In this document: positions 9,388 through 17,345 of the stretch, piece by piece
Layout: every line of letters starts with the position of its first letter
Position numbering within the stretch: position 1 is the first letter of the stretch
NCBI GenBank assembly: GCA_031401505.1
Contig: JANNRO010000037.1
Coordinates: forward strand, 1 to 38,824
Source of the DNA: Planctomycetia bacterium
GTDB taxonomy: Bacteria; Planctomycetota; PLA2; JAEUHO01
Length of the DNA: 38,824 nucleotides
Reading direction: 5' to 3'
Notes under the pieces: generated by a model
The model's input: the letters and a program-made list of their open reading frames with translations, nothing else
Told to the model about the DNA's origin: nothing
Database searches by the model: none
Position numbers and translations under genes: made by a program

Positions 9388-9729
9388 CTATCGAGGGGAG
9401 CGCCGCCGACGCGTTGAACGCTTCGGTGTCAAAGCGCCGATCGGGGCCCGAACGCGGATCGGGACGCCGACACGGCTCTGAAGAGGGAATCGCTCGGGAT
9501 GCTCTATCGACTCGATGGCGAGATCGACGTCGAGCTCAGGCCAATGCAAGTACGTCGGGTTCGGCATCTCCACGTTCAAGATGAGGCGCATCGGTGCACC
9601 GTCGAACCAGGGAAACTGCCGAAAACGGAGAAACAACTCGCGATCAGCCAAGCGAATTCCGAATCCCTGTCGCGAAACCGTCGTCACCTCAACTCGTGAA
9701 GTGCTTCGCCCACGCGACGCGGATTTCAT
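9388..9729 (-). CDS. DUF2442-family small protein (start uncertain: ATG 9729, or GTG 9687 one nt after the upstream stop)
   Basis: FGIRLADRELFLRFRQFPWFDGAPMRLILNVEM...YLHWPELDVDLAIESIEHPERFPL matches the DUF2442 pattern (FPWF..A, L.WP.LDVDL..ESI..PE.FPL). It lies directly downstream of the DUF4160 gene. Confidence 0.65.
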   Translation of the reverse strand: MKSASRGRSTSRVEVTTVSRQGFGIRLADRELFLRFRQFPWFDGAPMRLILNVEMPNPTYLHWPELDVDLAIESIEHPERFPLQSRVGVPIRVRAPIGALTPKRSTRRRRSPR

Positions 9730-9928
9730 GTTCGTGACTCCGAATGAGCCGCTCGGCGAGCGTCAGCCTCCGTGAGTTTAGCCCGGAACTGCGCGCGACT
9801 GAAATCGCCGGATCCAGCCAGAATTTCGCTTCGCCTTCGGCGTGTCGCACATGGACGTGAATCCTCGATTCTTCCTGGGAGTAGAGATAGAAGCGGAAGC
9901 CGTCGGATCGAAAAATCGTCGGGCTCAC
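9689..9928 (-). CDS. DUF4160-family small protein
   Basis: GTG at 9928 has GGGGGAG 5 nt upstream. VSPTIFRSDGFRFYLYSQEESRIHVHVRHAEGEAKFWLDPAISVARSSGL...AERLIRSHEHEIRVAWAKHF matches the DUF4160 pattern (F.F.FYS.E...H.HV....GEAKFWL.P). The track ORF extends to a weak TTG at 9979. Confidence 0.7.
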   Translation of the reverse strand: MSPTIFRSDGFRFYLYSQEESRIHVHVRHAEGEAKFWLDPAISVARSSGLNSRRLTLAERLIRSHEHEIRVAWAKHFTS

Positions 9929-9983
9929 GCAGGCTCCCCCGACGGGTCGGCCCCCGGCGCGCTGACCACGAGCGGACAAGGCG

Positions 9984-11501
9984 TCACGTCGGCTCTCCTC
10001 GATACTGGAGCGCCTCGTTCATGTGGTTCGCCTCGACCGACGACGAGCCCGCGAGATCGGCGATCGTGCGCGCCACCCGCATCGCCCGGTGGACGCCGCG
10101 GCCCGAAAGCCCCCACTTCCTCGCCGACGACGCGAGCGCGTCGTGGGCGTCCTTCGTGGGCTTCACCGCTTCCAGGAGCGCGAACGGCGGAATGCGCGAG
10201 TTGAAGACGCGCGGCAGGTGCATGCGGCTCGCCCGCTCGAGTTGGCTCGCGCGCGCGATGCGCAGTTCCCGGCGATCGACCCCCGAGTCGCCCGCGTTCG
10301 CGTCGAGCAGCGCCTCGGGCGACACGGGTTTGACTTCGTACCGGATGTCGAACCGATCGAGCAAAGGCCCCGAGATGCGCCCGCGATAGCGCGCGGCCAG
10401 CGCCGGCGTGCAGTTGCATTTGCGCGCGTCGCTGCCGAACCAGCCGCAGGGGCAGGGGTTCATGGCCCCCACCAGGATCGTCTCGGTCGGAAAGCGCGCC
10501 CGCCCCGACGCGCGGCCGATGACCACGACGCCGTCTTCGAGCGGCTGGCGCAGCGCCTCGAGGGTCGCGCGCGGGAACTCGACCAGTTCGTCGAGGAAGA
10601 GCACACCCAGATGGGCCAGGCTCAACTCTCCCGGTCGGGGGACGCTTCCGCCACCGATCAACCCCGCGAGGCTCGTCGTGTGGTGGGGCGAGCGGAACGG
10701 CCGACGGGACACGAGTCCGCCTTCCAGGAGTCCGGCGGCACCGTGGATGCGGGTCACCTCCATGGCCTCCTCCCGGGTGAGCGGCGGGAGCAGCCGCTCG
10801 AGCGTGCGGGCGAGCAGCGTTTTCCCGGCCCCGGGCGAACCCGAGAGCAGCAGGTTGTGCCCCCCCGCCGCCGCGACGGTCGTCGCGCGCAACGCCGAGC
10901 GCTGGCCGCGCACCTCGACCGACGTCGCCTCGTCGGCGGGGAACCACTCGGTTGGCGGGGCGGCGGGAATGGGCACGGTGCCGCGCAAGTGAGCGACGGC
11001 GCCCTCGAGCGACGCCACCGGGCGCACGCGCACGCCGGGAACCGCGGCCGCTTCGGCGGCGTTCTCCACCGGCACCAACGCTTCGTCGATGCCGATCCGC
11101 CTCGCGGCCTCGATGCACGCCAGCGCACCGCGGATGGGTCGCAGCCGTCCGTCGAGCGTCAACTCACCCAGACAGAGCGCCTTCGAGAGGCGATCGCGCG
11201 CGCCCAGCGCTCCCCAGGCGTCGAGCAACGCGAGCGCAATCGGCAGGTCGAGCGCGGGGCCCTCCTTTCGTTCCGACGCCGGCGCGAGATTCACCGTGAC
11301 GACCCCGTGAGGCCAGGGGTAACCGGCGTGAAGGAACGCGCCGCGGATGCGCTCCCGCCCCTCCCGCAGCGCGCCATCGCCCATGCCGACGATGCGAAAA
11401 ATGCCGGTTTCGCCCGAGCCCGGGAGCGAGACCTGGATGTCGATGAGGCGGGCGTCGACCCCGAAGACGGCGGCTCCGAGGCTGCGGGCAAATGCGTGCA
11501 C
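9984..11501 (-). CDS. comM: YifB/ComM-family Mg-chelatase-like AAA+ ATPase
   Basis: 505 aa with GTG start. Lon-like N-domain (DLPIALALL), Walker A LLSGSPGAGKTLLAR, Walker B GVLFLDELVEF, zinc motif NPCPCGW...KCNC and C-terminal HRAMRVARTIADLAG are typical of the family. Confidence 0.9.
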   Translation of the reverse strand: MHAFARSLGAAVFGVDARLIDIQVSLPGSGETGIFRIVGMGDGALREGRERIRGAFLHAGYPWPHGVVTVNLAPASERKEGPALDLPIALALLDAWGALGARDRLSKALCLGELTLDGRLRPIRGALACIEAARRIGIDEALVPVENAAEAAAVPGVRVRPVASLEGAVAHLRGTVPIPAAPPTEWFPADEATSVEVRGQRSALRATTVAAAGGHNLLLSGSPGAGKTLLARTLERLLPPLTREEAMEVTRIHGAAGLLEGGLVSRRPFRSPHHTTSLAGLIGGGSVPRPGELSLAHLGVLFLDELVEFPRATLEALRQPLEDGVVVIGRASGRARFPTETILVGAMNPCPCGWFGSDARKCNCTPALAARYRGRISGPLLDRFDIRYEVKPVSPEALLDANAGDSGVDRRELRIARASQLERASRMHLPRVFNSRIPPFALLEAVKPTKDAHDALASSARKWGLSGRGVHRAMRVARTIADLAGSSSVEANHMNEALQYRGEPT

Positions 11502-11600
11502 GTACTATCCACGCAAAGCGACCCCCCGAGGTCACGAGGAACCGGGAGAGGCCGTTCGACTAGGGGTACGATCCCCCTCGATCCGCGTCCCGGAGCCTCC

Positions 11601-14075
11601 ATGATCCGTTCGCCCGACCTGCTGCGCGCTGCCGTCCTCCTGGCGATCGCCGCGTTCCTCGTCCCGTCGCACCGCCTCGTACGAGGCGACGACATCGACG
11701 AATCGTCCGCCACGAAAGCGATCGAGGGAATCCTCGCCCAGGCGCCGGGCGACGACGTTTCGTCCCTCTGGGATCTGGGCAAGTCGCTTGCGAAGCCCGG
11801 CAAGGCGGCCGTGGGCGCTCTGCGCAAGGCGGCGGAGACGGCCTCCCCGGGGCCGCGACTCGCGATCGGACGTGCGCTCGTCCTCCTCGAGGACGTGAAC
11901 GAGGGCGTACGAATCGTTCAAGGCGTCGCGAGTGATCCGAAGGCCGCGGTCGGCTTGAAGATCGCGGCCTTGAAGATCATCGAGACCGAGGGCGACGAGG
12001 AGCAGGCGGAGTGGCTTTCGAAGGCACTCGACGAGGCCTACGAGCCGTCGCTCAAGATGGCCATGACGAAGGCGCTCTGGAGGCGCGGTTCCGCGGTCGA
12101 CCAGACGAAGGCCCGCGGAGTCATGCTGGAATTCCTGAAGAGTGAGGATCGCGCCCGCCGCGAAGAGGGTGCGCTCGCGCTGGGCGAGATCGGCGCCGCC
12201 GCCGAGGCGAAACCCGTCCTCCTCGAGATGCGCGACGAACCGACCGAGCGGGGGCGCAGTGCCGATTTCCTGATCAAGGTCCTCGATCGCGAGGCCATCG
12301 CCGATGCGATGCTCCGCACGCCCGTGGCGCCCGTCTCACCGGACAAGCCCGTCACGGCGACCGGCACGACGCCGGGACAGTGGCCGCTGCTCGACGAGAT
12401 CCGCCAGATCCTCGACGGCGGGTACGTCGATCCGGCGTTGGTCGACGCGAAGAAACTCGAAGACGCGGCGGCCGAGGGCATGACCAAGCCGCTCGACCCG
12501 TTCACCAACTACCTCTCGCCGGTCGAGAACGCGAAGCTGCTCGCGACCCTCGACCCGTCCTACGGCGGCGTCGGCGCGTACGTGTTCAACGACCCCGACA
12601 ACCGCGAGTTCTTCACGATCCAGCGCCCGGTTTGGGGCGGTCCGCTCTACCGAGCGGGACTGCGCACCGGCGACGTCATCCTCGCCGTCGACGGCACGTC
12701 CACGATCGGACTCGCGGTGGACGACTGCGTGCGCATGTTGAAGGGCCCCGCCGGCACGCCGGTCGTCATCTCCGTCTTCCGCACCGGCTGGCCCGAGAAG
12801 CAGGACTTCACGCTGATTCGCGCCCAGATCACGATTCCGTCGACGGCCTACGACTCGCTTCCGGGCGACATCGGCTTCCTCCAGATCCTCTCGTTCGGCG
12901 AAGAGACCGCGCGCGAAGTCCACGCGATCCTCGACAAGTTCCAGGCGCAGGGAATCAAGGCGCTGATCATCGATCTGCGCGACAACGGCGGCGGCTATCT
13001 CCAGGCGGCGGCGGACATCGCGAGCGAGTTCCTGCCCGCGGGCGTCACCGTCGTCACGGAGAAGGGCCGCATCGGCGTCTACGCGGAGAAGGTCCATCGC
13101 TCGACCGGCATCGGCGCGGGCCGCCCGGATTGGCCGATCGACGTGCTCGTCAACGGCGGCACGGCCAGCGCCGCCGAGATCCTCTCGGGCGCGCTCAAGA
13201 TCCACAAGCGCGCGCGCGTCGTCGGGAGCCAGACGTTCGGCAAGGGCTCCGTCCAGCTGCCGCTTCCGCTCCAGACGCGCCCCGGCGAACCCTACAAGGA
13301 CACGCGCAACCGCGGTCGCTACGACGGCGCCGAGAAGTTCACCGACAAGAACGGCAACGGCAAATGGGACCCGGGCGAGGAGTTCGTCGATTCGAACATG
13401 AACGGCCGGTACGACCCCGCTGAGGCGTTCGATGACGTCAACAAGAACGGCAAATGGGACGCGGGCGCGTCGTTCAAGGTGACGATCGCGAAGTATTACC
13501 TGCCCGATGGCACGAACCTCCACAGCAAGACCGACGTCGTCAAGGGGCGCGTCATCCGCACGGGCGGCATCGTCCCCGACCTCGACATCAAGGAGAGCAC
13601 GCTCGACCTCTGGGAGCGGCAGGCGCAGTCCGATCTCTACAAGACCGGTGCGGTCAAGAAGTACGTGGACGAGAAGATCGTCCCCGATCGAAAGACGTTC
13701 GAGACGCTCGCCCACAGCGACCGCCACGATCCGTCGGCGTATCCGGGCTTCGACGACTTTTACGCCACGCTCTCGACGAAGCTCTCCAAGCAGGCGGTGC
13801 GCTATCTGCTGCGCCTGCGCGTGCGGGAGCTCCTCTCCGACTCGCTCGGTCGCGCGCTCGTCGGCGACATCGTGGACGACGAGATCCTGCGTGCGGCGTT
13901 GATCGACCTGCTCGCGACGCTCAAGACCGATCCGAAGACCTGCGCGGACTTCGCGTTCCTCTGCGAAATGCCCCCGCCCAAGAAGTCCGACGACTCGACG
14001 AAGGACGACCCGACGACGGACGATCCCAAGACTCCGCCCGAGGAACCCGGGATGGAGTCGGTCCCTCCCAGATAG
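11601..14075 (+). CDS. S41-family C-terminal processing peptidase with N-terminal HEAT-like repeats, PDZ domain and an EF-hand-like insertion
   Basis: ATG 11601 is in frame in ORF 10023..14075; the upstream part is antisense to comM. Signal/anchor is MIRSPDLLRAAVLLAIAAFLV. PDZ segment is GLRTGDVILAVDG. S41 core motifs are LIIDLRDNGGGYL, GGTASAAEILSGALK, TFGKGSVQ and VTIAKYYLPDG. Confidence 0.85.
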   Translation: MIRSPDLLRAAVLLAIAAFLVPSHRLVRGDDIDESSATKAIEGILAQAPGDDVSSLWDLGKSLAKPGKAAVGALRKAAETASPGPRLAIGRALVLLEDVNEGVRIVQGVASDPKAAVGLKIAALKIIETEGDEEQAEWLSKALDEAYEPSLKMAMTKALWRRGSAVDQTKARGVMLEFLKSEDRARREEGALALGEIGAAAEAKPVLLEMRDEPTERGRSADFLIKVLDREAIADAMLRTPVAPVSPDKPVTATGTTPGQWPLLDEIRQILDGGYVDPALVDAKKLEDAAAEGMTKPLDPFTNYLSPVENAKLLATLDPSYGGVGAYVFNDPDNREFFTIQRPVWGGPLYRAGLRTGDVILAVDGTSTIGLAVDDCVRMLKGPAGTPVVISVFRTGWPEKQDFTLIRAQITIPSTAYDSLPGDIGFLQILSFGEETAREVHAILDKFQAQGIKALIIDLRDNGGGYLQAAADIASEFLPAGVTVVTEKGRIGVYAEKVHRSTGIGAGRPDWPIDVLVNGGTASAAEILSGALKIHKRARVVGSQTFGKGSVQLPLPLQTRPGEPYKDTRNRGRYDGAEKFTDKNGNGKWDPGEEFVDSNMNGRYDPAEAFDDVNKNGKWDAGASFKVTIAKYYLPDGTNLHSKTDVVKGRVIRTGGIVPDLDIKESTLDLWERQAQSDLYKTGAVKKYVDEKIVPDRKTFETLAHSDRHDPSAYPGFDDFYATLSTKLSKQAVRYLLRLRVRELLSDSLGRALVGDIVDDEILRAALIDLLATLKTDPKTCADFAFLCEMPPPKKSDDSTKDDPTTDDPKTPPEEPGMESVPPR

Positions 14076-14845
14076 TGGCCGTCCCGCTGCTGACGTTCCC
14101 GGGACTCGAAAGAGTCCCGGGGCTCCGCCATGGTGTGACGACGCGCTCGGGCGGCGTCTCGACGGGCACGTTCGCGTCGCTGAACCTCGGTCGCTCGACA
14201 CGCGACGACGGGGGCGCCGTCACCGAAAACGGTCGTCGCGTCGCACGGGCGATCGGCGCGACGCGCGTGCGCTACCCCCACCAGGTCCACGGGACGACGG
14301 TGACGGTCGTGTCGGCGTCGGACGCGGGCCCCGTCGGCGAATCGGACGCGGTCGTCACGGACGAGGCGGGCGTCGCGCTCGGCGTGCTGGGGGCCGACTG
14401 CCCCGGAGTCCTGATCGTCGATCCCGTCCGGCGCGCGCTCGCGGTCGTCCACTCCGGCTGGCGCGGCACGGTCGCGGGCATCGTCGCCGAGTCGATCGCG
14501 CGGCTCTGCGATCGATTCGGCTCGCGGGTGGAAGACTGCCTCGCGGGCATCGGGCCCGGCATTTCCGCTCGGAACTACGAGGTCGGGCCCGAGGTCGCGG
14601 ACGCGGTGCGGACGCGGGTCCCGTACGGCGACCGATGCGTCACGCCGGGTCGCGCCGATCGTTCCCGCGTCGATCTCCCGCTCGCGATCCGCAACCAGCT
14701 CGAGGCGGCGGGCTTGCGCCCCTCGTCGATCGAGACGATGGACTTGTGCACGTTCGACGAGCGCGATCGGCTCTTCTCACACCGGCGTGACGGGGCGGAA
14801 ACCGGTCGTCACGGGCTGGTGGCGATGTGGAGTCCCGGGACCTGA
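14075..14845 (+). CDS. pgeF: YfiH/PgeF-family (DUF152, Cu-oxidase_4) purine nucleoside phosphorylase / peptidoglycan editing factor
   Basis: GTG 14075 overlaps the protease TAG by 1 nt (TAGTG). GLRHGVTTRSGGVS...SLNLG...PHQVHG...GADCPGVLIVDP...AVVHSGWRGT...FSHRRDG carries the conserved His/Cys/His set of the family. Confidence 0.85.
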   Translation: MAVPLLTFPGLERVPGLRHGVTTRSGGVSTGTFASLNLGRSTRDDGGAVTENGRRVARAIGATRVRYPHQVHGTTVTVVSASDAGPVGESDAVVTDEAGVALGVLGADCPGVLIVDPVRRALAVVHSGWRGTVAGIVAESIARLCDRFGSRVEDCLAGIGPGISARNYEVGPEVADAVRTRVPYGDRCVTPGRADRSRVDLPLAIRNQLEAAGLRPSSIETMDLCTFDERDRLFSHRRDGAETGRHGLVAMWSPGT

Positions 14846-14880
14846 ATCGGGTGCGGGACCCGGATCCGACCGTCCCCGCG

Positions 14881-15267
14881 TCAGATCAGCACGTCGGCCA
14901 GACTCTTCTTGAAGCCCTCGTCGAACGCATCGGCGAAATCGTAGACCGCGTGAAAGTCCTCGCGACTGTCTTCGGCGGTCTTCTGGAGCAGGTCTTCGCC
15001 GATCAGTCCGAAGACGATCTCGCCGACGTCGTCGGTCGCCTCGATGCCCCATTCGCAAAGCACCGACCGCGCGAGGAATCCGAACGTCTCGAGCGCCAGA
15101 TCTCGGAAACCGTCGAGCAACTCGGGGCCCGCCACATGCTTCTTTCCCTTGGCGCGGCGCGTGATCGTGAAGTCGAGCGACTCGAGCAGAAACGTGTACG
15201 CTTCGCCGGAGTAGCGCCCGTCTCGACTCACGATGTCGCGGATGACGTCGTCTCTGTCGCGGTCCAC
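14881..15267 (-). CDS. small conserved hypothetical protein resembling the Verrucomicrobia/Planctomycetes-restricted Minf_1886 (TIGR04138-like) family
   Basis: GTG 15267 has GGAGG 6 nt upstream; an alternative ATG lies at 15324. YSGEAYTFLLESLDFTI...KHVAGPELLDGFRDLALETFGFLARSVLCEWGIEATDDVGEIVFGLIGEDLLQKTAEDSREDFHAVYDF matches my recollection of that family. No HMM was run. Confidence 0.6.
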   Translation of the reverse strand: MDRDRDDVIRDIVSRDGRYSGEAYTFLLESLDFTITRRAKGKKHVAGPELLDGFRDLALETFGFLARSVLCEWGIEATDDVGEIVFGLIGEDLLQKTAEDSREDFHAVYDFADAFDEGFKKSLADVLI

Positions 15268-15367
15268 GGGAAGCCTCCGGACTTCGATTCTACGGGTCCG
15301 GCACCGTGCCGGTCCCGGTTCCATGTACGGCTGCCACCCGTGAGAAGTTGAGACGCTGACGGGAGCC

Positions 15368-16414
15368 TTACGGTCGGCGCAGGGCTCGGACCACGTCGAT
15401 CAGCAGCGCCGAGGGACTCACGTTGCGCCGTACATCGACCGCCAAGGCGCCGAGAACGGGCAGGGCGCGCGCGGCCGCCGAAGGGGTCGATCCTGCGAGC
15501 GGACCACCCTCCCGGCCCGCGGTTCGATCGCGGGCAACCGTCAGCAGGGCATGAAACACGTCTTCGAGCGCCCGGCGCAGCGCTTCCCCCGCCGGCGTCG
15601 CCGATTCCTGCGCCTCGGGCTCGGCCACTTCCGGTTCGAGAGCGGCGCCGGCTCGCGTGCGCAGATCGGCCAGGACCGACTCGACTGTCGTCGCGGCGGT
15701 CGGGACGCGACCGGAGGACGCGCGCACGAGTTCGTCGATCGCCTCGTCGGCCGCGAGCGCCAGGAGACGGCGTGCTCGTGCGACCGAACCCGATGACCAG
15801 CGCGCGAGGACGGTGGCGCGCTCGGGCTCGGCGCCGTCGCGTACGAGCCGACCCGCGATCACGGCGTCGGATGGGCCCGGGAAGCGGAACCGCTGGCAGC
15901 GACTCCTGACCGTCGCCGGCAGACGGTCGGGCCGCGCGGTCACCAGCACGAACGTCGTCGTCGGGGGAGGTTCCTCGAGACTCTTCAGGTACATCGCGAC
16001 GGCCTCGGGAGCCAATGCGTCGGCCGGGTCGATCACGAAGACCTGACGGTCGCCTTCGAGCGGCGAGCCATGCGCTCGCTCGAGCATTTCTGCCAGGGCC
16101 TCGACGCTGATGACGGTCGCCTTGTCGCGTCCGCGCACGTGCACGTCGGGATGGTTGCCGCTCGCGATCCGACGACAAATCGAACACGTGCCGCACGGGC
16201 GAGACGGCGACCGGCAGAGGAGCGCCGAGGCGAACGTCTTCGCGGCGGCGCGGGGGCCCTCTCGGTCCTCGCTCTCGAAGATGTAGGCGGGAGCGGTCCG
16301 TCCTCCGCACGCGACGCGGGCCAGCAACGCACCCGATGGACCCAAACGAGCCCAGGGATCGACGTCGGACGAGACGGCGGTTGCGTCGATGTCGCTGGAA
16401 CTAGAGGAGGGCAC
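15368..16414 (-). CDS. holB: DNA polymerase III subunit delta-prime
   Basis: 348 aa with GTG start overlapping the tmk stop by 14 nt. It has PAYIFES (degenerate P-loop, no GKT), the CGTCSICRRIASGNHPDV zinc module, VFVIDPADAL (DExx-like) and SRCQRFRF (sensor), a pattern typical of delta-prime rather than tau. Confidence 0.8.
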   Translation of the reverse strand: MPSSSSSDIDATAVSSDVDPWARLGPSGALLARVACGGRTAPAYIFESEDREGPRAAAKTFASALLCRSPSRPCGTCSICRRIASGNHPDVHVRGRDKATVISVEALAEMLERAHGSPLEGDRQVFVIDPADALAPEAVAMYLKSLEEPPPTTTFVLVTARPDRLPATVRSRCQRFRFPGPSDAVIAGRLVRDGAEPERATVLARWSSGSVARARRLLALAADEAIDELVRASSGRVPTAATTVESVLADLRTRAGAALEPEVAEPEAQESATPAGEALRRALEDVFHALLTVARDRTAGREGGPLAGSTPSAAARALPVLGALAVDVRRNVSPSALLIDVVRALRRP

Positions 16415-17021
16415 GGACGGCCTCCCAGACGGCGGCGGCGACGCCGTCTTCGGACGCCGACGCGTCGATGCGCACGAAGCGATCGGGATCGCGCGAGAAC
16501 TGGCGCCGGAACTCCGTGCGCACGCGCGCGCGATACTCGGCGCTCCTCCGTTCGATCCGGTCGAGAGGCCGCGACATGCGCGTGGCGGCCGTCGCCTCGT
16601 CCACGTCGAGCAGGATCGCGCGTCGGGGCTCCAGTCCGTCGGTCGCGATCTTCGTCGTCAACCGGATCACGGCGGCGTCGACCCCGCTCCCGCCGCCCTG
16701 ATACGCGTGGGTCGAAGTGCTCCAGCGGTCGCACACGACCACCTTCCCCGCCTCGAGCGCGGGCCGGATGCGCTCGAGGACCAATCGGCGCCTCGCCGCC
16801 TGGTAGAGGAGCACCTCGGTCACCGGGTCCATGTCGTCTACGTCGGGATCGAGCAGCACGCCGCGAATCCGCTCGCCGACGGGCGTGCCGCCGGGGTCGC
16901 GCACGACCTCGACCTCGCGCCCCGATGCCCGAATGCGCTCGGCGAGTCGGCCGACTTGCGTGCTCTTGCCCCCGCCGTCAGGGCCATCAAGCACCAGGAA
17001 CAATCCGTCGGAATCGGTCAC
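16401..17021 (-). CDS. tmk: thymidylate kinase
   Basis: 206 aa with GTG start. It has LFLVLDGPDGGGKSTQ (P-loop), VVRDPGGTPVGERIR and VVCDRWSTSTHAYQGGG. Confidence 0.9.
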   Translation of the reverse strand: MTDSDGLFLVLDGPDGGGKSTQVGRLAERIRASGREVEVVRDPGGTPVGERIRGVLLDPDVDDMDPVTEVLLYQAARRRLVLERIRPALEAGKVVVCDRWSTSTHAYQGGGSGVDAAVIRLTTKIATDGLEPRRAILLDVDEATAATRMSRPLDRIERRSAEYRARVRTEFRRQFSRDPDRFVRIDASASEDGVAAAVWEAVRALL

Positions 17022-17038
17022 CCTCGGATGCTACGGCC

Positions 17039-17293
17039 TCCGGGGGTCGCTGCCGAACGAAGCGGCGCAGGAGCCTGGCACGAATTTGGCAAGTTCGCAC
17101 GGAGACACCCACGGACTCATCGACGTCCCCCGAACTTGCAGAATTTGTGCCTGGCTCCGTATTCCCTATTCCGGGGGTCGGCGGCGATCGAAGCGGCGCA
17201 GGAGCCTGGCACGAATTTGGCAAGTTCGCACGGTGACACCCAACACCCAATCGACCCTCCACGAACTTGCAGAATTCGTGCCTGGCTCCGTAT
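17039..17293. repeat. tandem duplication (two 124-nt copies, period 131 nt), each containing a 28-nt imperfect inverted repeat around a 33-nt loop
   Basis: Copies lie at 17039-17162 and 17170-17293. Left arms GGAGCCTGGCACGAATTTGGCAAGTTCG are at 17070-17097 and 17201-17228. Right arms CGAACTTGCAGAATT(T/C)GTGCCTGGCTCC are at 17131-17158 and 17262-17289. The element lies in the dnaA-tmk intergenic region. Confidence 0.85.
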
Positions 17294-17345
17294 CGCCGCG
17301 ACGTCGACGGGAATCTCGTCCACTCCCACGACGACTTCCGTCGAC

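Noticed and set aside
11505-11513. DnaA-box-like CTATCCACG next to the comM start
   Set aside because: It is a single 7/9 match with no cluster and no AT-rich region, which is expected by chance.
10023-11600. Upstream 526 codons of the 1350-aa + strand ORF
   Set aside because: It is antisense to comM/yifB and Arg/Pro-rich. The real S41 protease gene starts at the in-frame ATG 11601 with a signal/anchor sequence.
17076-17091. Calling the TGGCACG-N4-TGGCA motifs bona fide sigma-54 promoters
   Set aside because: They are kept as a hypothesis inside the repeat finding only. The motif is embedded in a palindrome, the + strand copies face no + strand gene for ~4.7 kb, and sigma-54 control of tmk/holB would be unusual.
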